A DNA stretch of 64,000 nucleotides from the human T2T-CHM13v2.0 reference genome, Homo sapiens: the NCBI RefSeq assembly GCF_009914755.1, contig NC_060940.1; one strand, given 5' to 3'. This document shows, piece by piece, positions 38,521 through 54,794 of this stretch. Below the pieces are notes generated by a model. It made no database searches and had not been told where the DNA came from. It worked only from the letters and a program-made list of their open reading frames with translations. The position numbers and the translations under genes were made by a program. How positions within the stretch are numbered: position 1 is the first letter of the stretch; every line of letters begins with the position of its first letter.

Positions 38521-39675
38521 TTACAATTTTACAATAGTTAAATATATTTTATCAGTCTATATTGGCTGTTTAGTTGACAGACAGTTAAAAATTGGTGACA
38601 GTCCAGATGTGGTCACTCATGCTTCTAATCCTAGCATTTTGGGAGGCTGAGGTGGGAGGATTGCTTGAGTCCAGGAATTTGAGAGCAGCCTGAGCAACAT
38701 AATCAGACACCTGTCTCCAAAAAACATAAAAATAAAAAATTAGCTAAATGGAGTGGCATGCACCTGTGGTCCCAGCTGTTTGAGAGGCTGAACCCATGAG
38801 GTCGAGGCTGCACCCATGAGGTCGAGGCTGCAGTGAGCTATGGTCATGCCAGTGCACTCCAGCCTGGGTGACAGAGTGAGACCCTGTCTCAAAAAAGGAA
38901 ACAAATCACCCATAAATGGATAATTAAGATTTGGTTATTATAGACACTTAATACTTAGGTAGCTAAGGTAGTTTTACCAATAAATTATATTAATTTAATA
39001 TTTCAGTATTGCAAAACTGATGCATACTCATTTACAATTTTGACATGGAATGGTTCTGTTTTGTTTTATTAAATTTGAACTTAAAAGTTCTCTGCAAGAA
39101 GAGATTTGTATAATAAATTCCCTGAGCCTCTCAAATTAATATTTTAGCCATAGACTCATATTTAGAGCAGTGTTTCTAATGTAATGATACAAGGCCCAGG
39201 GTTATTCATAGTTTCACCGTTTCTCTTATTCCTCATTAAAGCATGTTTGAATCCAGGCAAGAGGCATTACAGGGGAAAACCTTGAATTTATTTTTGAAGG
39301 GTAAATCATTTCCAAGTGGTATTAACCATTAGTATGGAAAGCAACATATCCTATAACTGCTCTGTGACAGTGAGACTATCTTTGCTGCTTTAGAGAATAA
39401 GTACATTCCTACTTCATTGGCTTTAGTGCAAATCTCATTTCCTGGTTTATATCCATTACAAATTAGATCTCACCATGAGAGCAAAATCCCTTAATAAACC
39501 TAGGTAAAAGCAATTTGAAGTAATATGATGCTTACTCCAGTGACACCACTAGGTGTGGTGTTTGCATCAAGTCATTTTGGGGTGCTTTATGGAAATGCTT
39601 CCTAGTAGGGAATTCCCTGACTTCACACTTTCCAGAGATGACGCTCTCTCTCTTTTTCTCTCTAATACTTACAAG

Positions 39676-39738
39676 AATGGACTGCAAGGCTACATTTAGT
39701 CAGGCGATACCATCCCCAGCACATGGTGGCTTGTTGGT
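39676..39738 (+). other. Candidate 63-nt in-frame cassette exon in SMG1-type intron 1
   Basis: Pyrimidine tract + AG acceptor, GTGAG donor, phase 2/2, no stop. Confidence 0.4.
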
Positions 39739-40098
39739 GTGAGGTCTAAGGATTCCGGTCATTTGAAACGAATGGCCTCCTAGATTTGTGGCATTTTTCT
39801 GTATATTGAGAATAGGTAACTAAAATAAGTGGTAACTGTATTTGCATGTGATTTGTATGTGATAGTTAACATTTAAATTCTCTTATGTACTAAAATTTTT
39901 TTGGTTGCCACATTAAGCCTCTTTATCCTGTAAGGCACAGAGTGTCTTTCCACCTCAATTTTTGCTTTAATGTATGAACCCTAATGGGACCATAGTTCAA
40001 CTAAAGGCACCTAACTCATGAATGATATTTGCTCCATGTTTGAACAACAAATGTTTTAACCCACTGTCTTCACTAATATTGTAACTACTGTCTTACAG

Positions 40099-40137
40099 AT
40101 TGACTTGATGCACAACATCACAAAGGCGATTTTTGAG
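40099..40137 (+). other. Candidate 39-nt cassette (poison-type) exon in SMG1-type intron 1
   Basis: CTAAT branch, tcttacag acceptor, GAG|gtatga donor; TGA in SMG1 frame. Confidence 0.55.
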
Positions 40138-41099
40138 GTATGAGCTTTAGAAACTTACCTCTCATGTGGCATGTACATCAGGCTTTAACTTCAGTTTGAT
40201 CGTTTTGGGGAAATTTATGCATTTCTTTTTTTTTCTCTCCATGATATTTTTAGAATATTAAAGGGGCTGTAGAGGTATTTTTGGTTCCTTGCTAGGATTC
40301 TTAGACTTAACAGATAGATTTTCTTTTTTCACTAAATTGAGACACTAATTCTGGCAGATGATATCCCTTTCAGCTCTTCTAACTAACTAGCCTAACATTC
40401 ATGCCTGCTTCTTGGAGTTCAAATCTGCAGTTTCTATTTTGTGGCTTTGATTGCCTCATTTTAAGTGCTCATTTCCGTTCTTCAACAGTTCTCTATTTAT
40501 TGGACTGGGATGATCTTGTTGGTGCTAACAGCCTGACATTGACATTTTTTGAAACCTAAGCAGTCAAGATTGTATAAAAATAGAAATTTCTTATAAATGC
40601 TAAACCATTTTGTGCTTTTAGGTTCAGAATGCTTACAACCTGAGTTCTGGTTGGGGATGCTTTGATCAATTTGTATTAAAATAATTTGGCAACTAGGGAG
40701 TTTTGAGGTATTTCTGAGACGGTGGCTCTATTCCAGTTTTTTTTGTTATATTTCTGAAAACACAGATTTTTTTTGGGAAAAAAATCTCAGTGTTCATAAC
40801 TTAGGGGATTTAGAAACCTTATTTCTAACCAACGGGGAAGCTGCTCCTGGTTTTACAGTTTAGTTTGAAATCAGATGCTTCCTAGTTGGAAACACATTGT
40901 TGGTAGCAACAGATTACCTGCTTTCTTCAGTGAAGTATTTAAGTTGCTCTATATTGACTGTAAAAACTTGTTTTGATTATATTCATATACTCATGAACTG
41001 TTTGTACATTGTCTTTTAGACTGGAAACTTTGAGTTTATTTTGTATTATGGTCATAACAACTTTTAACATACCCTGCAAACTAAGTGTTTCTTTATAAT

Positions 41100-41280
41100 T
41101 CATTATCTTATTTTAGCCTCACAACAACCTTACATGTTAGATAGGTATCATCCTCATTTTATGCAAGAGACAACCAAGGCTTGGAGATCAAGTAATTTGT
41201 GCAAAAGCACACATACTTTTCAGTGCTGGAGCTGGGATTTGAGCCCAGATCTTTTTTTAACTTGTATTCTCTGCTGCCTT
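41100..41280. mobile_element. MIR SINE
   Basis: cctcacaacaacc...cctcattttatgcaagagacaaccaaggc...gggatttgagcccag core. Confidence 0.65.
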
Positions 41281-43177
41281 ATGGTACTACTGTGTCACCA
41301 GAAAATGATACAAACATTTAACTCTTAATAGTAAAGGTAGTGTAGGAGATAAGTAAACATGATGAAAACAGGAAGTGAAGATACGTTTAAATATTGGCAG
41401 ACTTCAGTTATCTTTGTGTTTCTGAATTAGTCAAGTGCTTATTTTATTCGCTCATCTAATAAGAGCTTACTGTGGCATACATATAAAGTTCAAACCCTGT
41501 CAGAAAAGATTATAAGCTCTCTTACGTTTCAGTCTCCTTTCAGAAAGTAATGGTATGCTATGATTTATATAGACGCATGTTAAATGTGCTATTTTTAGGT
41601 ACATAAGGAATGTCTTTTCATTAGTTTAAAAAAGTTATGGTCCATTGAGTTAATATTTTAATGCTTATAGACTTAGTATACTCAGAAAATATTCTCATAC
41701 ATTTTTCTTGAAATTCCATAGATTTTATTTTCCCTTATGTTCGAAGTACTTAGCTTTATGAATAAGTGAACTCTGAATATTAGAAGATACTCCTTATGGA
41801 GCCTTAGTCATTTTAGTATGCTAGGTTTTGAATTTCATGAAGTTTCAGATTGAGATCCTTTATAAGTAATGACTTGTACCAGTTAGATATCCAAGTTTAA
41901 TTGGACCTATTGTCTGCATTCTGTATTAACAGTGATTGCAGTAAGTGCAGATCAAGGTGTCCAACTGATTGAGCTCATGCAAAGTTTTATGTTTAGTATT
42001 TTTGGGAGCAAGGAAAGACTAATAAACTCTAAACGAAATATATACAGTATACAAACACTGCTGTCACTTTTACACCATAGAGGGAGGGGCAAAGCGTAGA
42101 GGAATAGGTTAGTTTCTGGCCTTGCCAGTGTCCTAAACTTTTCTAAAAGATTCAGGTTCTAAAAGGTTGAGAAAGCATTTTTAGTAAATATCATAGAAGT
42201 GATTTTCTTTTTCTTTTTCTTTTTTTTTTCCTCAAAATTGTTCCTCTCAGGAGAAAATCAGTAGGGGAAGAACTTACTTGGATTTTTCATATGCTATAAC
42301 AGATTATTTTGTTGTCTTCTTTCTTGATAGTTTATGATTGATGGCTGAAAGAGTAACACTCATGAGAAGTCTTGTAACTCAGCTCTGTTTTACTTATGAG
42401 GCAGTTGAAGCATAGAGCAGATACTTAGATGAGGACACACTTTTACCCTTGGCTGTACCCTACTTGTTTACTAATAAGCATCAGGTATTATTCTAAACAG
42501 TACCTGAATTTTAAATAGATTACGAACTACAACTTTCTGATATAACTTTATTGCATTTCTGATACCTTTTATTTTCTTAAAATGTCTTCTTTTTTACTTT
42601 TTAAAATTTTGATTGCTACTCTTTACAATTAAGGCATCTTCAATGGGGTCTTCAATACTACAGTACCTAATCAGTACTTAGAAAATAACTTGGTAAGACA
42701 TTGCCCGTCCCTGACATGCTGCCAGTGTTTTTTATTTTTATGACAGGAAAGGCTGAAATGTTTTGACTGATTAACCGTCTCCATGGGGGAGAATTAGAAA
42801 GAATTATTCTTATTATCAAGTCATGTGAGGAGAACACTGGACCAGAGTAACCAATTGTCCTGTTTTGCCTGGAACAGGAGACTTTCAATGCTAAAACCAG
42901 CAAAGTCACCCTAATCCCAGTAGTTATTCATATTTCTGAATGGGTCTTTAGAACAGTAGAAGAGAGTGAAAAGTTGGCATTTCATCCATTGAGACTCTCT
43001 TCCCAGTGAAAGACTTCTTATTAGACGGCTGAGTGCTTACATATAATATATAGTGCATATTACACTAAATACAATAGTAATGGTTAAATGTAAAATTTGG
43101 GAGAAGAGAGGCTTGTTTAAAGAAAGATTTATTTATGTTATTTAAAGTTCTAATCTTAAACTTTTCTCTTTTTATAG

Positions 43178-43341
43178 AACTGATAGTGCATCAGCCGACC
43201 CAGGTAATTTAAAATATTCTTCATCCAGAGATAGAGGTGGTTCTTCCTCTTACGGACTGCAACCTTCAAATTCAGCTGTGGTGTCTCGGCAAAGGCACGA
43301 TGATACCAGAGTCCACGCTGACATACAGAATGACGAAAAGG
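43178..43341 (+). pseudogene. SMG1P4: SMG1-like exon 2 (TDSASADPGNLKYSSSRDRGG...DIQNDEK)
   Basis: 164 nt, AG/GT. Confidence 0.92.
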
Positions 43342-43925
43342 GTATATATATTTTCTTATTGCTACAAGCATGTTTTTTGAACCTACCTATCCCACCTTCC
43401 TGCCTTCTTACACCCCCAACTTTCTCACTTTCTTCTAATATATTTAAAATATGAATAACAAATGCAGTGTTATTTCTGAAAACTTCATAGGACGTTTATC
43501 CACTTTATTATTTTTAAAATTTAAAATTTTTCCATACATAATTCATCAATGCAGTTTTCTTACAAAAAAGATACAATACTATTTTTGTTTTTATTTTCAA
43601 AAATATTTAGCTAAGGTTGAAGTTCCTCTTGGCTACTGTCTCTAAACTTCAAGAAAGTTTTAAAACAAGGTGCAAAATTTGATTTAATTTAGTTTTCATT
43701 TCTTTGCTTATTTTCCAATGAAGGGATCAAAATAAAATTAATTTAACTTCAAAGGTGTATTAAAAGAAATGAAAATGATTTTCAAGGCAGACAGTACAGG
43801 AAAAAGGTAGGAGAAGCAAAGGCTGGTTGAGCTGCAGATTGAGTCATAAGATCCTGAGCTATCAGGAAATTGACTGAATGAAACGAACAATCATATTTAA
43901 ATGACGTACACATGGCTGTTTGTAG

Positions 43926-44081
43926 GTGGCTACGGTGTCAATGGGGGATCTGGGGAAAATACTTATGGTCGGAAGTCATTGGGGCAAGAGCTGAGGGTTA
44001 ACAATGTGACCAGCCCTGAGTTCACCAGTGTTCAGCATGGCAGTTGTGCTTTAGCCACCAAAGACATGAGGAAATCACAGG
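43926..44081 (+). pseudogene. SMG1P4: SMG1-like exon 3 (GYGVNGGSGENTYGRKSLGQELRVNN...KDMRKSQ)
   Basis: 156 nt, AG/GT. Confidence 0.92.
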
Positions 44082-44449
44082 GTAAGGCTGGGAAAACGGG
44101 GACCAATCACATACACCTTCCAAAGACTTGTATCTCCTCTTATTCTGGATGCCTCTTACTAATGCCTTGCAAAGGCATAAGTTGATTAGTCTACTGTGCA
44201 GGTAAAAATTGTTTACATTCTTTTCCTGTGAATTGTTAATTTCCCACTAGAAAGGCTATAGTACATTTTAAAAGAGAATTCTCTTAAAACAAGATTAGAA
44301 GACTGGATAAGATCTTACAGAAAAGGTTTACCCAATTATCGTGGATATTGAATGTATAGTGCATAGTAGGCTCCTACTACAGCAAGTCCTTGAACTCTTG
44401 GGCCTGTGGAGGATATAGATATATGTAGAGAGGGGGTACTTTTCTGTCT

Positions 44450-44922
<473 letters not shown>

Positions 44923-45134
44923 TGAGCCACCGGGCCCTGCCTTGAGTGGGCACTTTTCTAAAGTTAAATACACTGATAGCATTTCTGCCTTATGACATAG
45001 CCTCACTGTATAGGTGAGTGCCTTGGAAGTTCAGAGGATTGGCCGGGTGCAGCGGCTCACGCCTGTAATCCCAGCACTTTGGGAGGCCGAGACGGGCAGA
45101 TCACGAGGTCAGGAGATCGAGACCATCCTGGCTA

Positions 45135-45317
<183 letters not shown>

Positions 45318-45864
45318 TCAAAAAAACAACAACAAAAAAGAAAGTTCAGAGGATTAGAGGTAATGATAATTTTTTTCCTTAAAGAGAAACTTATCGGTAA
45401 AGCTGAGTTATGGGCTTTGTCAGATGTAATTACTTTTTGGACGTTTAGTTTTTGACTTTTTTTTTTATTTTTTATACTGTGTGTGTGCTTCGTGTATCTT
45501 GGTGAAAATCTTTGTGCCTGTAGCTTTTATTGTTGGTATATAACTTTTAAAAAACTGATTTCTTTTTATGTTTTCACAAGTGGAATGAATTCAAAGGCTA
45601 TGTATGCTGTTTGTTAAAATAGAGTGTTTGAAGCCTTAGACTTATGATATTATAGAAGCTAAACAGCGATTCTAAAGTAGTTCAGTAGAGAATTCCTCTT
45701 CTTCAAAGGCTCAGGGTCATGTAGTTTGCTAGTGACAGAATTGTAAGTAGAGCCTAATTTCCCAGCTGGTAACTTGATGACATATTTGGTATCTGTCCTT
45801 ATTGAAATACTCTATGGGCTACGGATTTGTAAAAATCCTATTCTTCTCTCAGTCATTGTAGTTT

Positions 45865-46075
45865 CTTTTTTTTTTTTTTTTTTTTTTTTAACTTAAATTC
45901 AGGATACAAGTGCAGATTTGTTACAGTGGTAAACTTGTGTCATGAGGGTTTGTAGTATAGATTATTTTATCACCCAGGTATTAAGCCTGGTACCCATTGG
46001 TTGTTTCTCTTGATCCTCTCCTTCCTCCCACCCCCCACCCTCCAAAAGGATCCAGTGTGTGTTGTTCCCCCTTGT
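45865..46075 (-). mobile_element. Short L1PA/L1PB 3' end
   Basis: polyT then caggatacaagtgcagatttgttaca...atcacccaggtattaagcct. Confidence 0.75.
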
Positions 46076-46095
46076 AGTTATTTATTTATTTATGA

Positions 46096-46203
<108 letters not shown>

Positions 46204-47384
46204 TAGCTGGGATTACAGGAGCGTGCCACCACGCCCGGCTAATTTTTTGTATCTTTAGTAGAGACGAGGTTCCACCATGTTGGCCAGGCAGGTCTCCAAC
46301 TCCTGACCCCGTGATCTGCCCTCCTCGGCCTCCCAAAGTGCTGGGATTACAGGTGTGAGCCACCATGCCCAGCCTTCTGGTTTCTTTTATTATCAATTTT
46401 TTCTCATACCTTAGAAATGAAACTGTCAGACCCTTTGTGATTTGTTGTTTACGTATGTATTGGCTAATTATGGTAAATAGCACAGTTGAAAATGTTTTGC
46501 AAAAATTGAGTTTTTTGTTTTGTTTTGTTTTTTGAGACAGTCTCGCTCTGTCACCCAGGCTGGAATGCGCTAGTGTGATTTCACTGCAACCTTTGCTTCC
46601 CAGGCTAAAGCGATCCTCCCACCTCAGCCTCCTGAGTAGCTGGGATTACAGGCATGTGCCACTGTGCCCAGCTAATTTTTGTATTTTTCGTAGAGATGGG
46701 GTTGTACCATGTTGCCAAGGCTGGTCTCGAACTCCTGTGCTCAAGTGATCTGCCTGCCTTGGCCTTCCAAAGTGCTGGGTAATTACAGGCAAGAGCCACC
46801 TCGCCCAGCAAAAATCTAGTTTTTAAAGGCATCGTTAATATACTAATAGTATTCACTATTGTTTGCTTGTTCTTGTGATTAAAAAATAAAGGGAGAAAAG
46901 TTGTGGTTTGCTACCTTTCTAGTGGAGGCATGCCTTGCATGTGGTAGATGATAATTAGACATTTGTTGAACTAAATGTGTGATTATGGCTCCCCAAAACT
47001 TCATCCCAGGGAAATGATGATAATGTGAATAAGAGGCTTTCCTCCAGTGGGATACCTAGATGATAAGTAGAAGCCTATATCCTGTTTTTACTCGATTGAG
47101 ACTTTATCCATACCCCTTGGAAGTTGTTTAATTTACCTACACCCGGGCTCTTTACCTGCATGTTGAAAACAGTTTGGAATGGACCCAAAGAAAGTTGTTA
47201 CTAAGGCCTTTCTTTTTTCTCTCCCAGCCAGTCCTCTGGAATGAGGTGTTCAGTTGGCCTAGGGTTATTCATTTCTTGTTTCCTTCAGCAAATATTTTTT
47301 TGAGGGTCTGTTATGTGCCAGGCACTCTGCTGGGATTTGGAATACAGAGTTGAACAAAAGAGCGATAGGACCTATATTCCCTGA

Positions 47385-47726
<342 letters not shown>

Positions 47727-47828
47727 TAAATAATTTTTAATTTTAAAAATTTTAAAATTATTTTAAAATTTAAAATTTCCTTTGCTTATTTATACTCAGT
47801 GGACAACAAAATGTTTATATATTCACAG

Positions 47829-47965
47829 AGAGATCGATGTCTTATTGTGATGAGTCTCGACTGTCATATCTTCTTCGGAGGATCACCCGGGAAAACGACC
47901 GAGACCGAAGATTGGCTACTGTAAAGCAGTTGAAAGAATTTATTCAGCAACCAGAAAATAAGCTG
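47829..47965 (+). pseudogene. SMG1P4: SMG1-like exon 4 (RSMSYCDESRLSYLLRRITRENDRDRRLATVKQLKEFIQQPENKL)
   Basis: 137 nt, AG/GT. Confidence 0.92.
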
Positions 47966-48083
47966 GTAAGTATAGTATGTTTGGAAATATGAGGATTTTT
48001 GTGTTTCCATAATAAACTAGGTAATGCTACCTTGAGTAGTTTAAGAATGGGGAAAGTCTGTATTATGATGATCAAGAACTTAA

Positions 48084-48305
<222 letters not shown>

Positions 48306-48436
48306 TGAGATATGATCACACCTCTGCATGTCAACCTGGGCGACAGAGGGAGTCCTTGTCTCTTAAAACAACAACAGAAATGTAACAAAGTATAGGAAGG
48401 GTTAAATTTTTTTCTTCACTTTCTTTACACCAATTA

Positions 48437-48565
<129 letters not shown>

Positions 48566-48571
48566 CTACTA

Positions 48572-48730
<159 letters not shown>

Positions 48731-49260
48731 TTAAAAAAAAAAAAAGAACTTGACAATGAGCAGGAGAAAATTAATGAAAATGGTCTAGTGAGGCAGATGA
48801 CACTTGGATCAAAGCAAGTTTCTCCTCCTTCCAAATTTTATTATGAGTAGTTTCAAATATATAGCAAGTTGAAAGAATTTGACATTGAATCTGTTAAACC
48901 CATCATCTAATTTTTGTCGTTAACATTTTACCCTAAATACTGCCTTGTCACATATCTCTCCATCTATCCCTCCATCCGTCAGTCAATTTTTCAAATGGAT
49001 TTCAAAGTAAATGAAACAAGCTTTTTGAGTTTATTTTTTTGTTGATGGTCACAGCTCTATGTTTCCAGTGGGTGAATTTCTTTCATAGGCTGAAAGGAAA
49101 CATGACATTCCTGATACATGCTCATTGGGGAGTGGGAATAATAAAGAAAGTAAAGTACTGTTGAATTAGAATTTGGAGGGAAGACAAATAAAAAAGTACA
49201 CAATGCTATTCTTAAAAGTATAGGAATTTGAAGTTTTTATAAATGTGTTTTCTTTTAAAG

Positions 49261-49316
49261 GTACTAGTTAAACAATTGGATATCTTGGCTGCTGTACATG
49301 ATGTGCTTAATGAAAG
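49261..49316 (+). pseudogene. SMG1P4: SMG1-like exon 5 with in-frame 3-nt deletion (VLVKQLD-ILAAVHDVLNE)
   Basis: 56 nt; recalled SMG1 has QLDNIL. Confidence 0.88.
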
Positions 49317-49417
49317 GTAAGTAACTAATAATGGTTCGGTTTAAATGACTTTAAAATATATTTTTAGAAATTACTTAACAATACACAAGAAGACAAACCC
49401 ACTGGCTTTGTTTATGA

Positions 49418-49848
<431 letters not shown>

Positions 49849-50594
49849 TGAGTCTTGACTTATGGAATGGCATAAACTCTTGATGCAGGCATGAAGAATA
49901 AAATTAGTTTTTGTAAACAAGAGAATTTGAAACTGCTTAGAGAATAGAGGTAAAAAGGAATTTCCTTCTTTGGGTAAGAGTGGATCCAAACCATATATTC
50001 TCTGGCTATTAGAGTCTCCAGAGGTGTGTGGTCATTTTTTGTTATGGTGATTCCCAAAGATTTGCAGTGTTGGCAAGTACCCAAAATTTATCTCAGCTGG
50101 TCATAAACCTTAGTGCCTTTTGATGGTTTTGTTTTATAGAGTTACTTATTAAAGTTCTATGTAAATCATTACTGTTATCCTTTTAAGTTTCTGTATTTAA
50201 CTATTACCATTTTTTATTTTATAGTCATTACATATTGGATATTATGTAGAATGTAGTTATGTATAGAGTGTTTTATCTACTTATTTGTTGCTGCCCTTTT
50301 CTGAGAGTTATTTAATACAGTTTGAGATGGAATTTAGCATTTTTGGGCCTTCCCTCACTGTTTGTAAATAATTGATTTTGTAAAAAGAAAGTGATGTCAG
50401 ACAGATACTTGAGGGCAATGCAGGCTAGACAGAATGTAGTATTTAGAGTGGAGAAAATTTCAACCTTTTATGTAGTTTGAATAGAAATTTAAAAAACCAC
50501 TTAAGACATTCTTTTGTAAGATGTATTACTCGTGTCATCATAGAAAACTTAAGCCTTTTGTGTGTGTTTTTTGTTTGCATTAAAATAAACACAG

Positions 50595-50808
50595 TAGCAA
50601 ATTGCTTCAGGAGTTGAGACAGGAGGGAGCTTGCTGTCTCGGCCTTCTTTGTGCTTCTCTGAGCTATGAGGCTGAGAAGATCTTCAAGTGGATTTTTAGC
50701 AAATTTAGCTCATCTGCAAAAGATGAAGTTAAACTCCTCTACTTATGTGCCACCTACAAAGCACTAGAGACTGTAGGAGAAAAGAAAGCCTTTTCATCTG
50801 TAATGCAG
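50595..50808 (+). pseudogene. SMG1P4: SMG1-like exon 6 (SKLLQELRQEGACC...KKAFSSVMQ)
   Basis: 214 nt, CAGTAG tandem acceptor, GT donor. Confidence 0.92.
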
Positions 50809-51077
50809 GTAAGAATGAAGGGGGAAAAAATGCATGATATACTTGGGAAGAAAATTGTCCCTTTAACACATGTCCTTGGAGGGGAGCTTGAAGAAGGGAA
50901 TCATAGAATAGGGGTTATCTACTGATAGGAAATATGTTTTAAAAATTCCTCTTTCTCAGTTTGAGTAAAGGATACACTGTTCAAGGATCAGTGCTACATA
51001 CATATATGCATATATGTGGAGAGAGAGGGAGAGATTTCTTCTAAAAAATTGGCTTACACGCCAGGCGTGGTGGCTCA

Positions 51078-51374
<297 letters not shown>

Positions 51375-51598
51375 TTAGAAATGTTTTTTTTGAGATTGCT
51401 TAGGACCAGAATTTGCAAAGTTGAAAATAGGAACTCCACTAGTAATGCCGGATAGAAGAGTGCTTCACATTTGTAGAGGGAGACAAGAACTAAATATCAC
51501 AACTTCTTTCTGAGCCTTTTGGTTTGCTAACGTGCCCCAAATTCTTATTCCAAATGGTATAAGATAATTATGTGTAAATGAATACCGGCTCTACTTAG

Positions 51599-51793
<195 letters not shown>

Positions 51794-53017
51794 TAGCCTG
51801 GCTAATTTTTGTATTTTTAGTAGAGATGGGGTTTCATTGTGTTGGCCATGCTGGTCTTCAACTCCTGACCTCAAGTGATCCTCCTGCCTCGGCCTCCCAA
51901 AGTACTGTGATTAGTGTCATGAGTCACCACACCTGGCCTAAAAGATCATTGATTTAGTTTTGAGTAAGATTTTAAGTGATTAAATTATGGTATTGTTGTG
52001 TTTGGAATATCTGATATTAGGGTTTTTTTTTTTTTTTTTTTTTTTTTTACAGTTTTTGATATGCTTTATTTTGGGTATGTAGTTTAAAAAATATAAAGGA
52101 AATATAAGGAATATTCTTTTTTTTTTTTTTAATAAAAAATGTATTTTTAACTGGGCATGGTGGCTCACTCCTGTAACCCCAGCACTGTGGGAGGCTGAGG
52201 CTGGTGAATTGCCTGAGTCCAGGAGTTTGAGACCAGCCTGAGCAACATGGTGAAACCCTGTTTCTATCAAACAAAAAAAAAAAAAAAAGGAAAAAAAATA
52301 AGTTGGGCATGGTGGCATGCACCTGTAATCGCAGCTACTTGGAGGCTGAGGCAGGAGGATCGCTTGTGCCTGGGAGGTTGAAGCTACAGTGAGCTATGGT
52401 CAAGCTACTGCACTCCATTATAGGCAACCCTGTCTCAAAAAAGCAAAACAAAATGAAACATTTTCCCCTTGATTATAGAGGTTTGAGAAAAATTTGAGGG
52501 AAGATTCAGAAAATTACCTGTAACTGAACAGAATGCCACCAGCTTGGGCTTATTCTGCATGCATAATTATGAACATTTTCCCAGCTCTTGTGAAAATTCT
52601 CACATTCATAGAAAGATAGATGCACCAGTAAAATAAATACCTGTAAATACGATAATAATTTCATAATATATGCTTCACCTAGATTTACCAGTTACTAATA
52701 TTTTGCCACAGTTTTATTTTCTCACACACTTTTGTTGAGCATCTGAAAACCATACACATGATGACAGTTCACCCCATAATGTTTTAGTATGCATCTCCCA
52801 AGAATAAGGTTTTTCTTCTGTATAACAAGAATATTGTAATCATACCTAAGAAAATGAATTTTATTACATATGTGTTCTATATTCAAATTTCTGTAATTAC
52901 CCCAAGATGTCTTTTAAATGATTTTTAGCATTGATAGTCTGTGCCTGTGTAGATTATAACATTGGCTATTGCAAAATAATGGTTTTCTTTTTCTCTTTTT
53001 TTTTTTTTGAGACGTAA

Positions 53018-53209
<192 letters not shown>

Positions 53210-53803
53210 TGAACTCCTGACCTCAGGTGATCCACCTGCCTCGTCCTCCCAAAGTGCTGGGGTTACAGGTGTGAGCCACTGCACCCAGCCTAAAATGATG
53301 GTTTTCTGATTCTAGCATTTCTTTGATAAGATTGCTATGTAAAGCACAGCTTTTCCTTTTTTAGGGAAAAATGTTTTTTAACAGCTGCAAAATAAATATT
53401 CTTTCAATGGAATGACAAATAGTTATTTATTATTTTATTTTTGCCATATATTTATTTTAAAAATTTATGTATAATGGTAACCTGAGCCTGCATGTTATTC
53501 ATGTGTGGTGCCATACTGATCTTCCTTAATTTTAATATGAAGCAAGTACTAATATACTAAAGCATAAATTATATAAAATTTGCTTTATATTTTGGATTGC
53601 AAAGTAATTGTTGTACTTTATAGAAAAGTTTCCCAAATCCATTTTACTTTTTTGTATTTGAAATTTAATCACAGGTAGAATCTTAAAGAGAGCATTTAGG
53701 GATATTGTAAACAGATGTTATTAAGGACTAATGTTAACTGATGTCAAAGGACTAATATTAACAAACATTGAAGAAGAGAAAACAGTATCTGTTTTTAGCT
53801 TAA

Positions 53804-54121
<318 letters not shown>

Positions 54122-54155
54122 TGAATGTTCACGGTTTGTAACTTTTATTTTTAAG

Positions 54156-54281
54156 CTTGTAATGACCAGCCTGCAGTCAATTCTTGAAAATGTGGATACA
54201 CCAGAATTGCTTTGCAAATGTGTTAAGTGCATTCTTTTGGTGGCTCGATGTTACCCTCATATTTTCAGCACTAATTTTAGG
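54156..54281 (+). pseudogene. SMG1P4: SMG1-like exon 7 (LVMTSLQSILENVDTPELLCKCVKCILLVARCYPHIFSTNFR)
   Basis: 126 nt, AG/GT. Confidence 0.92.
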
Positions 54282-54629
54282 GTGAGTTCCTCATTCCGCT
54301 GTTCAGATCATGGGGTGAGGGGGATGGTTGTGTGTGTGAGGAACTGAGGAATCAGATGGAAAACAGTGCCTCTGCTCCTTTGAATATAATCAGTGATATT
54401 TGAGGTTCCAGGGTTAAATGCCGCATTTTTCTTTCTGACGTTCGTACCTTAAAATATTTGAAGAAAATAAACTATTTCATTGCTGTCAGAAATGTAGTTC
54501 TTTTATTTTCCTGCCCCTCTCCCCTTTCTAAGTTTCTAGAATGTCAAGTAGGTAGAACATAGATGCTCCTTTTAGGATCTTTTGCTGTGAAATGGTCCAC
54601 AGGTGGATTGCAGTAATATCTTAAAATGA

Positions 54630-54794
<165 letters not shown>

